A DNA stretch of 64,000 nt. Origin: Octopus bimaculoides. Taxonomy: Eukaryota. The notes below the pieces were generated by a model. That model worked only from the letters and a program-made list of their open reading frames with translations. It was not told where the DNA came from and did no database searches. Position 1 is the stretch's first letter; each line of letters starts with the position of its first letter. Below, piece after piece: positions 12,561 to 24,107 of the stretch. The translations under genes and the position numbers were made by a program. Location: NCBI RefSeq assembly GCF_001194135.2, contig NC_068984.1, positions 67,080,733-67,144,732 of the forward strand, given 5' to 3'.

Positions 12561-15074
12561 ATCTATCGATTGATAGAGAGATAAATAGAATGGTTTGAAT
12601 AAGTAAATAGATGTAAATGTAGATATACGCGGTCTTTTGCACACTTTGTGACTACCAAATCCACTTACAACGGTATTGTCGACTAGACTCTAAAGAAAAA
12701 GACATTTATTTGCAAAAGGTAGACGCTATACAGAATGTTCGCGCCATTAACTCTCCCTGTTATGTTCTTTGAACTCTACATAATATAAGCTAACCGAAAT
12801 ATTTGAAAAATGAAAACGAAATGAACGGGAGTAGTTGTTGTCTCTGCAGCCAACTGGTGAAAACAAAGCAAATATTTCGGCCGTATTATACCTCTTCATC
12901 AAAACATGTGTCCCTCAGCTGGGAACGCTGAAAAAGTGATAAGTAAATATAGAAATTGGAAGAATGTAGTGACATCGTCTATGAATGAAGGAATAGATCA
13001 TAGGGAAATGATCTGTATGCACATTTATGAGCCTTTACTTATGTACATTAATACACAAGACTGAAATACGTTCCTTCTGTCTCATTGTTGATTTTCATAA
13101 TTAGTGTCACTACTTTTCTCTATTGCGAATATCGCAAAGTGATCGTCTTAATCACACAGCTCTTTCTACGCCGAAGTGTGAGGACTATTGTTAATATTTT
13201 TATCTATTACTCGCTTAAGGTATTAGAACGCGGCCATGCTGGGGAACCGCTTTGGTAGGTTTCTCTTTAGAAAACACAAGACAGGAAAACAGTCTCTTCT
13301 GATAGTATTTGCGAGTGCTAATATGTCTCTATGTGTGCATGTATGCATTTATGTATATGTTTATGTATATATGTATGAGCGTGTATTTGTGTGTAGATAT
13401 GTATGGATGTATATGTGTGCACATATGCATAGACGTATATGTCATGTAGGGATGGTAGGCGTTTTAAAGAGATATTGGCACAAAAGACAAAAGAAAGTCC
13501 TTGGAATGTTCTCACATCAAATTTACCTCCATTTCAAAGCATAATCTTCCTGTCCAGAGTCAGGAAATACTTCAGACACTTGCAACAGCTAGCAACTCTC
13601 AAGTGAAAGCCACAACTGGCTCGGTGCTGCTGATATACATACAAGGTATTCTAGATTGCATCCAGTGTAAGGCCAGTCAAGTGATTGGCATCGAGTTCTT
13701 CGTAGACAACGGTAGTGCATAGATTTGCTGTCTTCATTTTCTGTATATTCTAACGCTGCTACAGAGATGGTTTCGTGACACTTTTTCTTCGCCACTCTCC
13801 TCTCATTCCTCTCTTTTTACTTCGTCCCCTATATTAATTCCAAACGTCCAGGCCTGGCACTAATCACAACACACAGTGGTTCCTCAAAGATATCACTTCT
13901 CTCAAATTTCCTTCCTACATGTTTTTCCTGCTATCGTTGACTTGCAGCAATTTAGGTAGAACGATACGCTATCAGTGTCACCGGTCTCCAAAGACTTGTG
14001 AAGAACATGGATACAGTGATTTACAACATCTAGCAAATAATAACAAAAAGCCCTTATCAGAACCGAATTTTTCTTTCATGTAACAGTTTTCAGTAAAAAC
14101 GAATAGCAGTAATTTTCTCGCAAAATGACTCAGTTGCCTCTTCTATTTACTATTACTATTTTGGCGTTGTACAAATGTAAGAAATCAATATTGTTTCGAT
14201 TCATTGTTTTTTTTTTTACCGAAAAGTTATAAGAAGAGACAACCCCGTTTTTCATAAATAGCATCTTTAACACAACCGTATTGCTATTATACATACTTAC
14301 TTGCGTACGTATGTACGTACATACATACATAAATTTGAACATACATATATACGTACATACATATATGTATGTGTGTCTATGTACATATATTTTAAATGTA
14401 CGATAGCCAGCACTTCACTCTAAAATCCATTAAAACCTGGGATATTATTATTATTATTACTAAATAAAAATGTTACCGCATTTATCGAAAAGATTAGTAG
14501 AAAAAAGAAAACGTTTGAAAAAGAACTGTTACACTCGAAATCTTAATGGCATAGTAATTCAAAGCTATAAACTATAAAAAATAGTCTTCCACTTAAAAAA
14601 TTTATGTAATATTCAAGTATCTATGGCGCTGCCAATATTTTAAATTATTGTGTACACGATTAAACACGCACACCTCTATATTTACGTAAAGATGTGTGTA
14701 TTTCTGTGTGTGTATAGTTGAAAATATGTGTGTTTATTTCCATAGGTAAACGACAAAATAACTGCATATATAACTCAGTGCATGCTGAGACCAGCGTTCA
14801 TTACAGATAGTGACTTAGAAGTTTCACTGGGTCGTGGTTACACCGAGCGGTATGAAAAAGCAGCGACCCTGCGTGACTTCAGAGTCACCGTCAATAAAAT
14901 TATAATGCACATACATTTATATATGCATGTGCACATGCACGCGCGCGCGCGCACACACATACCCCACCCCCACACATTTGCAGTTCTGAGTCGGTTTTGA
15001 TCCACGACTCCATGAAACCTTAGCATGTCGTACCCGGCCCATCTCTGCTGTTTATTTCGGGTTGGACTGTATGT

Positions 15075-15175
15075 TTGTGTGGTCTGTCTTCACCTCAGCG
15101 GAATTTCAACTCAGGACACAGAGGAACGACAAGGATATTGTAAGGTATATCGGCTTTCATTTAAAAAAAAACCCC
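15075..15175 (-). mobile_element. Degenerate SINE family A fragment
   Basis: CACCTCAGCGGAATTTCAACTCAGGA resembles the family motif GACCTCGGCGGAATTTGAACTCAGAA. Confidence 0.55.
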
Positions 15176-15569
15176 ATCAATTCATAACTATGGATTATTA
15201 ATATTTTATTTTATTGATCTCGCAACAAGATGAATGACGAAGAACAACTCTGCAAGATTTTAACGCAGAGTGCAGCGAGACACGACGAATATTACGAAAC
15301 ATTTCATTGAATGTTCAGACGACTCTGTCAATTTGTATTATATACACATAGACAACTGAACCAATTAGCGAAATTATGGTACATTCTATCAAGATATACT
15401 CATTCGTTAGTGACGGCTGTAATTATATATGTCTGTGTATGTGTGTGTGAATGTAAGTTTGTATGTATGTGTATATGCATTACACTTTCACCTGATTCAG
15501 TGATCAGTGACAGTCATATTTCGAGTCCGTCATTAATGCTGTTCTACCTTTTTATGGGTGATGAAGTTT

Positions 15570-15776
15570 AGCCGGTGAGCAGGCTGAATCACTAGGATGC
15601 TGGATAAAATACATAGCGGCATTTCTTCCAGCTTTACGTCCTGAGTTCAAACTCCGTCGATGTTGGCTTCGTCGTTTATCCTTTCGGGATCGATAAAATA
15701 AGGACTAGTTGAGCACTGGGGTCAATGTAATCGATTAGAACCCTGATCGTAAATTTCACTGCCTATAGTAGAAAAG
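15570..15776 (+). mobile_element. tRNA-derived SINE family A
   Basis: CTGAGTTCAAACTCC B-box, ATCCTTTCGGGATCGATAAAATAAG, CACTGGGGTCAATGTAATCGA and 3' TAGTAGAAAAG, shared with the other copies. Confidence 0.85.
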
Positions 15777-15896
15777 CTCGTTTTGTAATTAATGTGAGAG
15801 TGTTTGCCGTTTCATGCAGTTTTATACCCAGTAGAATATCTAAAGCTACTGTAAACGTTTTGGTATTACTTCCGCGCTGTCGGCTTCTATCTTCAG

Positions 15897-15999
15897 AAGA
15901 TTATAAAAAGCTGAGATGCTCTGATGTGCAGGATATTGCTGTACCTAATACAAGCTCGAGTGATAGAGAACAAAATATTTTTGAAATACAAGGATCCAG
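15897..15999 (+). CDS. Candidate internal coding exon (unknown protein)
   Basis: Acceptor cttctatcttcag, donor CAG|gttaga. Only one frame is open: (E)DYKKLRCSDVQDIAVPNTSSSDREQNIFEIQGS(R). No homology recognised. Confidence 0.25.
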
Positions 16000-16844
16000 G
16001 TTAGATAATTGTATAGCTTTCATTTGTAAAATTAAGAGCCGGTTCTTCCTGGATTGCCACATGTAAAATATGTGTATCTTTACCTTTACTAGAGAGTAGG
16101 AACTTAAAGCTTCTAACATATGCCAGTAGTTCGATGCGGTATTGAAGCAATCAAGCAATCATATTCGTTTAAGACCGTTGGATTTATTCCAATTCAATAA
16201 TGAGTTTCACACTATGAAAGGAAAATCGTTGAGATCAGCAATCTGGATTGCTTAGAACACAGAGAGCCGCCAGCACAACGTTTGTGGGCGATACACGGTA
16301 CACACATATAATCTTGATTGAAGTAATAAAATATTCTCTTGAACAATTTCATTAATGTCATGCTATAGAACTAAATCGTATTTCATATTCCTACACCATT
16401 AATTGTTTCCATTTGCTCAAGTCATATTGTTCACAAAAATCTTTCTTTGTTGAACCCGCCTTACTCCTCCCAGTCGCAATTGTTTTTATCATTTCCGATT
16501 CTATATGCCTATCTCATCTCTAGTTCAAAATGTTCTCAGGATCAATAGCACTAGTTATTGGGAAGTTGCTGCCAGTTTAGTAAAAAAAAAATATGAATAC
16601 ACTCAATTCTTAGAATATTTTACATAGATTCTGATAATGCAATGATAAACTTCTCTTCATTCTTCATTGGATATCTATGTTGAAATATGTAAAAGAACTA
16701 CAACTACAGTGCTTGAAAGATCTGAGCATCGAATTACACACACACACACAGACACACAAATATATATTGTATATGTATATAATCTGAATTATACATATAC
16801 ACAAGTATGTATAGGCATATACACAAGCATACATATATGAGCAT

Positions 16845-16886
<42 letters not shown>

Positions 16887-16984
16887 AATATATATATATA
16901 TATTTAGTAAATATATATGTAGTATATATATATATATTTAGTAAATATATATATGTAGTANNNNNNNNNNATCTCTCTAACTAA

Positions 16985-17321
16985 ACTGAGGCTATGCTAG
17001 GGCACCGCATTGAAATTATAGTCGAATAAGCTTGGTACTTATTCACCCCTTTTGCCGAACCGCAAATTTCCGGGACATAAACACACCAACACCGGTTGTC
17101 AAATGGTGGATGTGGGGGGGGGGCAAATACACGCACACATACATATATATATACATGCGACGGGCTTCTTTCTGTTTCCGTCTACCAAATCCACTCACAA
17201 GGCTTTGGTCGGTCCGAAGCTATATTAGAATTACTTGCCCAAGGTGCCACGCAGTACGACTGAATCCGGAACCATATGGTTTGGAAGTAAACTTCTTACC
17301 ACACACAGCCACTTCTGCGCC
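16985..17321 (-). mobile_element. tRNA-derived SINE family B (CORE-like, internal microsatellite)
   Basis: Reverse complement begins with TGTGTGGTAAGAAG, then a GGTTCCGGATTCAGTC B-box and CCTTGGGCAAGT. Colinear with 60843-61229. Confidence 0.85.
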
Positions 17322-19205
17322 TATTATACATACGTTTAGATATACCATCAGAAGAACAAGTACTCAAATACTTGTACAAGTGTATATGAGAGTTTATTCA
17401 TTAAATTTGACGATCCCACTCTTTCACTACTCATAGTATTTTGCTATATGCAATCGTTCAGACAAAAAAAAAAAAAAAAAAAAAAAAAATGACTCTTTTA
17501 TCATGTCACTGGAAGGACTTAGATTTGTCATTTAAATTCTTGTAGTATAGACTTAACTTGTTAGTGTGTCTATTCTAATAAATAGTATATCTGTCTCTGT
17601 CACCTCTCGTAAATAGTAACGAAACCAATACATTTCCTTTATATACTCCACTCTTAATTCGTTAGGTGTTTTTGAAATATTACGGTTGACTAAAAAGAAA
17701 CACAAAGCAAATAAATAAATAAATAAATAAAAAAACAAAGTTTTGTCTGCAGAAATCATACAACGCCATTTCTTATTTTCTCAATTATTCTGATTTTCCA
17801 TATCTTTTAGTATATAATCCCATTATCAGCTTTGTCGAAAGCCTCTGTAAAATCTAGGCATTAAACTTCTAGATTTGACTGAAAGTAACTATTTTACGAT
17901 AACTGTTCTGCTATCTGCAGCGAATATGTGGGAAGCCTCTTATTGAAAGTAAATTATGATGTGTGGTAATAAACAAGAACGTAATTAGTTTCTTTAGTAT
18001 GATCATGCAGGCATATGATTCAAGGCATTATAACGAAGACCTTTCCATCACTACGATAGCTAAAATATCCATGTGACCTTTTCTTAATGTGGTAGGTGCT
18101 ATGTGAGCAAGTAACGCAAGCGCCATAGTAGAGGATCCTCATTGGTTCAATGTAATGTAACCGTAAGCAGACGGTAGCACAGTAAGCAAGATGCGTATCT
18201 TAGTGGTTTGTAAGTTGTATGTCAGTCTCATAAATGGAACTGATGTTAGAATTCTTAACACACGCATATACACAGACACAGACAGACACAAACACACACA
18301 GACAGACAAACATATACATTTATATTAATATACACACACAGTTATGTATATATATATATATATATATATATTTATAATTTCATGTATGTGTGTATATATG
18401 AATTACCAATTTTGACGTATGAGGAATCAAAAGATTCAGTAACCTTTCGGCTACTAAATGAAATATGTTTTTTGCACAACTCGTTTTTACTACAAAATAA
18501 TCTCGAAAACGAGGTCGGAGACGCACAATTTTGAAGTCTTTAGCTAAGAGAGGCAACTCTGCCTGAACAATCTTTATGTCATGGAGCATAATGAGAATAT
18601 GTTTAAAATACATGGAGCTTTACCAGGGAATGTAACTTCGAAGATATACCATCAACTTTATTAGTACTATTTAGTAGATAATATTTTAACGTGAAGTATG
18701 TTTGTCTGTGTTTTGTTTAGCCCAGAGTTGCCTCGAATAGTTTTTTTCGTTCTTGAAATACTGTAAATCTGTGTCTTTCTCTTGATGAAAGGGAGTGTTT
18801 TAAGAGAGATTTGACTGCTATTTGTAGTAGCTCAAGTTACCACAGAGAAACCTGTTTGTGTGTGTGTGTGTGTGTGTGTTTTCTTGTGGTGAAAAGATAA
18901 TTTTTCTCAGATTATGCATAATAATTTTTAAATAAATCTGGACATCTTTTTTACTGTTAACCCTTCAACTTCAAATTACAATTGTTAATGGCAGGAAGTC
19001 AAGTACACTGAGATGTATATATAGTGTATGAAGTTTTGAATTCATTATCTTATGGTTAGTAACCCATTACCTTAAACTTGAAGCCATTCAGTCTTTAAAC
19101 ATTATTTTACTGGGTTTAGACTTTCGATGATGGAGTATCACTTTCAAAAATTTAATTGATCATACTGATCTCAGTACGTATCTCCATCTGGTATTTATCC
19201 TACAG

Positions 19206-19263
19206 ATCTCTGCTTGATGAACTGCTAAGCTTAAGACATAGTGTGACACAATACTCGATATAA
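19206..19263 (+). CDS. Candidate terminal coding exon
   Basis: Acceptor gtatttatcctacag; phase-compatible with 15897-15999, giving (R)SLLDELLSLRHSVTQYSI*. Confidence 0.18.
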
Positions 19264-19302
19264 CAACAAATGTAAGGACATACATCCACGTTAGGTACAA
19301 GA

Positions 19303-19400
19303 ATGACTGTGTGGTTGAGAAGTTTGCTTCCCAATCACATGGTTCCACGTTCAGTCCCTCTGCATGGTGCCTTGGGCAAGTGTTTCCCACTATAACCCTA
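19303..19400 (+). mobile_element. SINE family B 5' fragment
   Basis: GTGTGGTTGAGAAGTTTGCTTCCCAATCACATGGTTCC..GTTCAGTCCC..CCTTGGGCAAGTGT. Confidence 0.8.
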
Positions 19401-19950
19401 CAGCTGTGGAAAACAGTTTGGCACAACCCATGTTTTCGAGTGTTTTTCAAGGATTTTTTAACGATAAAATTTACTGACTTAATGTTGTTTAAATAGACAG
19501 CAGTTTTACTCTCGACCTTGTTTACAAATTAGCAGTGTTTACTTTTGCAGATAATGTTATTAATGTGAGATATTCAGATTAATGTTGTGTTTTGCCTGGT
19601 AATTACCTATTTTCAGGTAAATTGCATTCTTGTCCCAGTTGTATTTGTAAACTTTTTTTCGTATTTATTGCTAGCTTTTAACACTTTTGTGCAAAGCGTT
19701 GCACAAATAGCTTGTTTATTTTTAATTTTTGCGTATACATTTGTGCAACTTTTACAAAGAATGTTGTAGGCACTGCATTGTACAAGTACAGTACATTCAC
19801 GTGAGCTTATCTTTGCTATATAGCAATTGTATTTCTTTTCATACATATCATTCATTAATAGTTTAAACCTTTTTGCATATATTTATTATCATTTTGCACA
19901 ATGCTGTGCATGTGTAAACCTTTTCTAAATCTAAATGTTTATTTTACAGA

Positions 19951-20930
19951 ATGGGATGGAATAGTGAACTTTCTTGTAAAGTTCGTGCACAAATCATTGC
20001 TCTTCATAATGAAAGATTATCATGCCGAACCATAGCCTCTCGACTAAAATGTCACCATACTACAGTTGTTAGAACAATTAAAAAGCATACTGAAAAGAAA
20101 ACTTTGAAAGCAGATCAAGAAGCGGAAGACCAAGTGTTTTCACTTTACGTATGACGAGCACGGTTAAACGTTTGGCTGCTGGAGATCCCCGGCTAACATC
20201 TGCTGGTATCCGAAAGCATCTGTCTGAATGCAACTACATCATGGATAATAAGTTGCCAACTACCAGAACAATTCAGTATTTGTCTCAGACGGCCAGCCCG
20301 AAAACCACTGCTGAATGAACGCAAGTACTGCAAGTGGACAGTTGATCAATGGAAGTAAGTTCTCTTTTCAGATAAGTGCACATTCCAACAGTTTGGGGCA
20401 TATGTTAACTGGGTCCGCAGATCAGTTAACTTGGGTTTACAGATCAGTTAACTATCGTTTTGTGCCCAAATAATACACCGTCTCTACGATGAAGCACTCT
20501 GCCAGTATAATGGTTTAGGCTTGTTTTAGCTGGTATGGACTGGAAGACTTTACTTTCTACCAAAGGGAAGAAATGTCAATTACAAGGTCTATCAAGAAAT
20601 CACGGAAGAAAAAATGCTTCCATGCATGGAGAGTCAGCAGACGTCTATTTCCCAGTAAGGTAATGTTCCTTGCCACACCTCTAAAGCAGTGAAAGCATGC
20701 TTCTTCTGGGCAGATATCAATGATATGGAATGGCCCAGCACCAGTCCGGACATCAACCCAGTAGAAAACCTTTGGTTGATTATGAGAAGAAAGTTTTTTC
20801 TAAACATCCCCAAAACGTTGAAGAATTGAAGGCATCCATAAAGGAAGTGCAGGTCAAAGAAATTGATCAGAATGTTTGTCGTAGGCTGATACAAAGTCTG
20901 TTGACACGTCTGAAAGAAATTATAAGAAAC
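19951..20930 (+). pseudogene. Tc1-family (DD34E) transposase pseudogene
   Basis: N-terminal HTH RAQIIALHNERLSCRTIASRLKCHHTTVVRTIKK. C-terminal Q*GNVPCHTSKAV...WPSTSPDINPVENLW, with 34 residues between the mutated second D position and E. Multiple stops and frameshifts; TIRs not identified. Confidence 0.88.
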
Positions 20931-21035
20931 AGACATGTTTATAAAGAAGAGTTGTTTGCTTCATACTCCTCGTGTGCCGAATCTGCCCATAAGAAAGGAA
21001 AATATAATACACTGTGGCTGTAGGTCATAATACTA

Positions 21036-21064
21036 GGGCGGCAACGCCGGGGTGCATTGCTAGT
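21036..21064 (+). mobile_element. Helitron-like 3' terminus (GC hairpin followed by CTAG|T)
   Basis: GGGCGGCAACGCCGGGGTGCATTGCTAGT: hairpin CGGC-AAC-GCCG about 10 nt upstream of CTAG, followed by T. Confidence 0.6.
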
Positions 21065-22759
21065 ACACACACACACACACACACATCATATACTACGGCA
21101 GCGTTACATACAAATATGTAGTTGCGTTCATTCATTAGATCGCTCCTTCATTTATTATTGCAATTCGTTCATTTAATACTGCACGATACAAAAGACTTGC
21201 TTTCAATGAACTCATCATCGCAATTGAACTCTTTAGGTTTATTATTTATTTACCTGCCTGTTGTCTTTGTCTCTCGACTTGTTCTCTTTTCCGTCTCTCT
21301 GGCATACACTTCTTCCGTCTCTACCTCATTCAATAGATATACACATTATATATATATATATATATATATATATAATGCATGAGTGTGAAAGAGAGAGAGA
21401 GAGAGAAAGAGAAAGAGAGAGAGAGAGAGAGAGACAGATAGATAGANNNNNNNNNNNNNNNNNNNNNNNNNNNNNNNNNNNNNNNNNNNNNNNNNNNNNN
21501 NNNNNNNNNNNNNNNNNNNNNNNNNNNNNNNNNNNNNNNNNNNNNNNNNNNNNNNNNNNNNNNNNNNNNNNNNNNNNNNNNNNNNNNNNNNNNNNNNNNN
21601 NNNNNNNNNNNNNNNNNNNNNNNNNNNNNNNNNNNNNNNNNNNNNNNNNNNNNNNNNNNNNNNNNNNNNNNNNNNNNNNNNNNNNNNNNNNNNNNNNNNN
21701 NNNNNNNNNNNNNNNNNNNNNNNNNNNNNNNNNNNNNNNNNNNNNNNNNNNNNNNNNNNNNNNNNNNNNNNNNNNNNNNNNNNNNNNNNNNNNNNNNNNN
21801 NNNNNNNNNNNNNNNNNNNNNNNNNNNNNNNNNNNNNNNNNNNNNNNNNNNNNNNNNNNNNNNNNNNNNNNNNNNNNNNNNNNNNNNNNNNNNNNNNNNN
21901 NNNNNNNNNNNNNNNNNNNNNNNNNNNNNNNNNNNNNNNNNNNNNNNNNNNNNNNNNNNNNNNNNNNNNNNNNNNNNNNNNNNNNNNNNNNNNNNNNNNN
22001 NNNNNNNNNNNNNNNNNNNNNNNNNNNNNNNNNNNNNNNNNNNNNNNNNNNNNNNNNNNNNNNNNNNNNNNNNNNNNNNNNNNNNNNNNNNNNNNNNNNN
22101 NNNNNNNNNNNNNNNNNNNNNNNNNNNNNNNNNNNNNNNNNNNNNNNNNNNNNNNNNNNNNNNNNNNNNNNNNNNNNNNNNNNNNNNNNNNNNNNNNNNN
22201 NNNNNNNNNNNNNNNNNNNNNNNNNNNNNNNNNNNNNNNNNNNNNNNNNNNNNNNNNNNNNNNNNNNNNNNNNNNNNNNNNNNNNNNNNNNNNNNNNNNN
22301 NNNNNNNNNNNNNNNNNNNNNNNNNNNNNNNNNNNNNNNNNNATATATATATATATATATATATAAATATATATAAGCACACACATGTTTAAAGTTCCAC
22401 ATCGGAAGACGTAAGTGGTGTACTATATTTCATTTAGTTATTTACGTGTTCTAGGATGTATATGGATATTCATTAATTACTTAATCACACTGAAAAACGT
22501 TCGTTTTGCAACTTCATCAATCCTATAGTTTTAAGTTCTAGTTAGTGCCTGATTCATTCAGAGAAATTTGCAACACACCTCACCTCGTAGTCAGAGAAAT
22601 GGAGAGTCCGAAGAGTATTTTTGTTATCTAATAGATGGTCAAGAAACCGTTGTCAGTACAATCTGTTTATTTTTGTTCATTGGAAGTAAATGACGGTATG
22701 TATTCACAACGAAATTTTTAAACACTGTATGTGACATATATAACCACTACATTTATATT

Positions 22760-22926
22760 TTTTCTCTCCTTGCTTCTTTCCTTATTTCTTTCTATGTTCC
22801 TTTCAGTTGAAGAGCGCAGCTTGAAACGTCAAAGACTTTCTCTATTCCCGAGCGTTAAACTAATACATCCATTTGTTGTTTACACCACCTGTCTTCGTCT
22901 GTTGTTTTTTTCGTAAATTCTCCCAT
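22760..22926 (+). mobile_element. Hammerhead-motif-containing dispersed repeat (PLE/retrozyme-like 3' module), copy A
   Basis: Aligns over about 150 bp with 62240-62393 and contains CTTT-CAGTTGA-A-GAGC-GCA-GCTT-GAAA-CGTC-AAAG at 22800-22834. Confidence 0.7.
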
Positions 22927-23972
22927 NNNNNNNNNNNNNNNNNNNNNNNNNNNNNNNNNNNNNNNNNNNNNNNNNNNNNNNNNNNNNNNNNNNNNNNNNN
23001 NNNNNNNNNNNNNNNNNNNNNNNNNNNNNNNNNNNNNNNNNNNNNNNNNNNNNNNNNNNNNNNNNNNNNNNNNNNNNNNNNNNNNNNNNNNNNNNNNNNN
23101 NNNNNNNNNNNNNNNNNNNNNNNNNNNNNNNNNNNNNNNNNNNNNNNNNNNNNNNNNNNNNNNNNNNNNNNNNNNNNNNNNNNNNNNNNNNNNNNNNNNN
23201 NNNNNNNNNNNNNTATATATATATATATATATATGTATATATCAACTGGTGAAATAAATAAACATATTCATCTCATACTTCCTTTCTATCTTCATATTTT
23301 ATATACTCCTAATGAAATAATCATTGACAACTGAATTCGTTCGATTTCAGCTGTATTGGACTATACATTATTCCCCTTTGTTTTGACTTACTATGCGATA
23401 AATCTCTTTTGGAGTACGATGTCGTTATTCACTGAGAGGATATTTATCTATTTCCGAATATAGAGCAAAAGTATATGATCGGTGAAAGGAGTAAACTGTC
23501 GTCCCTCAAGAAAATGCCCAAAATATTTCGCGGCTAAATAAGCTGTTAAAAGTTCTGTACTGAAGGTATTGTACCTTGATTCTGTTAGTTTGAGGCGTTT
23601 ATGTGGTTTGTAGATTGATTCCGGCAAGGGGAATTGTTTTTTTTGGCATTTGAAGGAGCAACCGACTTCGAAGACTCATGTTATCGTTCAATGCTCGAAA
23701 TGAGGAGTAGATAGGCAGCTGGAAACTGATGAAGGGTCGTTCTTTATGTTACTTATCCTCTTTTTCATTTGTTTCTCTCGTTGTTTGCGTATTCAACTCA
23801 TTTGTTTCCGTATTTCATGTTGTTTACTGATTGTGACGTCCTGTGCCCATATATGCATATATATACATATATATATAATCAAGTCAAATAAACGAACATT
23901 GAAAATAACAATAACAACAAGAGGACGTGCACATGGAATGAATTAATTTGCCATTCAATAAAAATAGTGAGT

Positions 23973-24007
23973 TTTTGACGTTTCGAGCATAGCTCTTCGT
24001 CGGAAAG
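23973..24007 (-). ncRNA. Degenerate minimal type I hammerhead ribozyme motif, copy C
   Basis: Reverse complement CTTT-CCGACGA-A-GAGC-TAT-GCTC-GAAA-CGTC-AAAA: CUGANGA-like core with U4>C, 4-bp stem II, GAAA, palindromic ACGU stem III and a GUC cleavage triplet. Confidence 0.6.
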
Positions 24008-24046
24008 GAAAAAATGGAAAGAGAAAATTGCAAGGAAAACAATCAT

Positions 24047-24047
<1 letters not shown>

Positions 24048-24106
<59 letters not shown>
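24048..24106. repeat. (TG)n microsatellite
   Basis: Seen directly. Confidence 0.97.

Positions 24107-24107
<1 letters not shown>

Noticed and set aside
13545-13795. Overlapping 68-73 aa ORFs on both strands in GC-richer sequence
   Set aside because: No recognisable motifs or convincing splice sites; probably an old TE remnant, but unassignable
15098-15143. Apparent exon GISTQDTEERQGYCK in phase with the 14746-14849 candidate
   Set aside because: The sequence is a degenerate SINE A fragment, so the phase match can be chance
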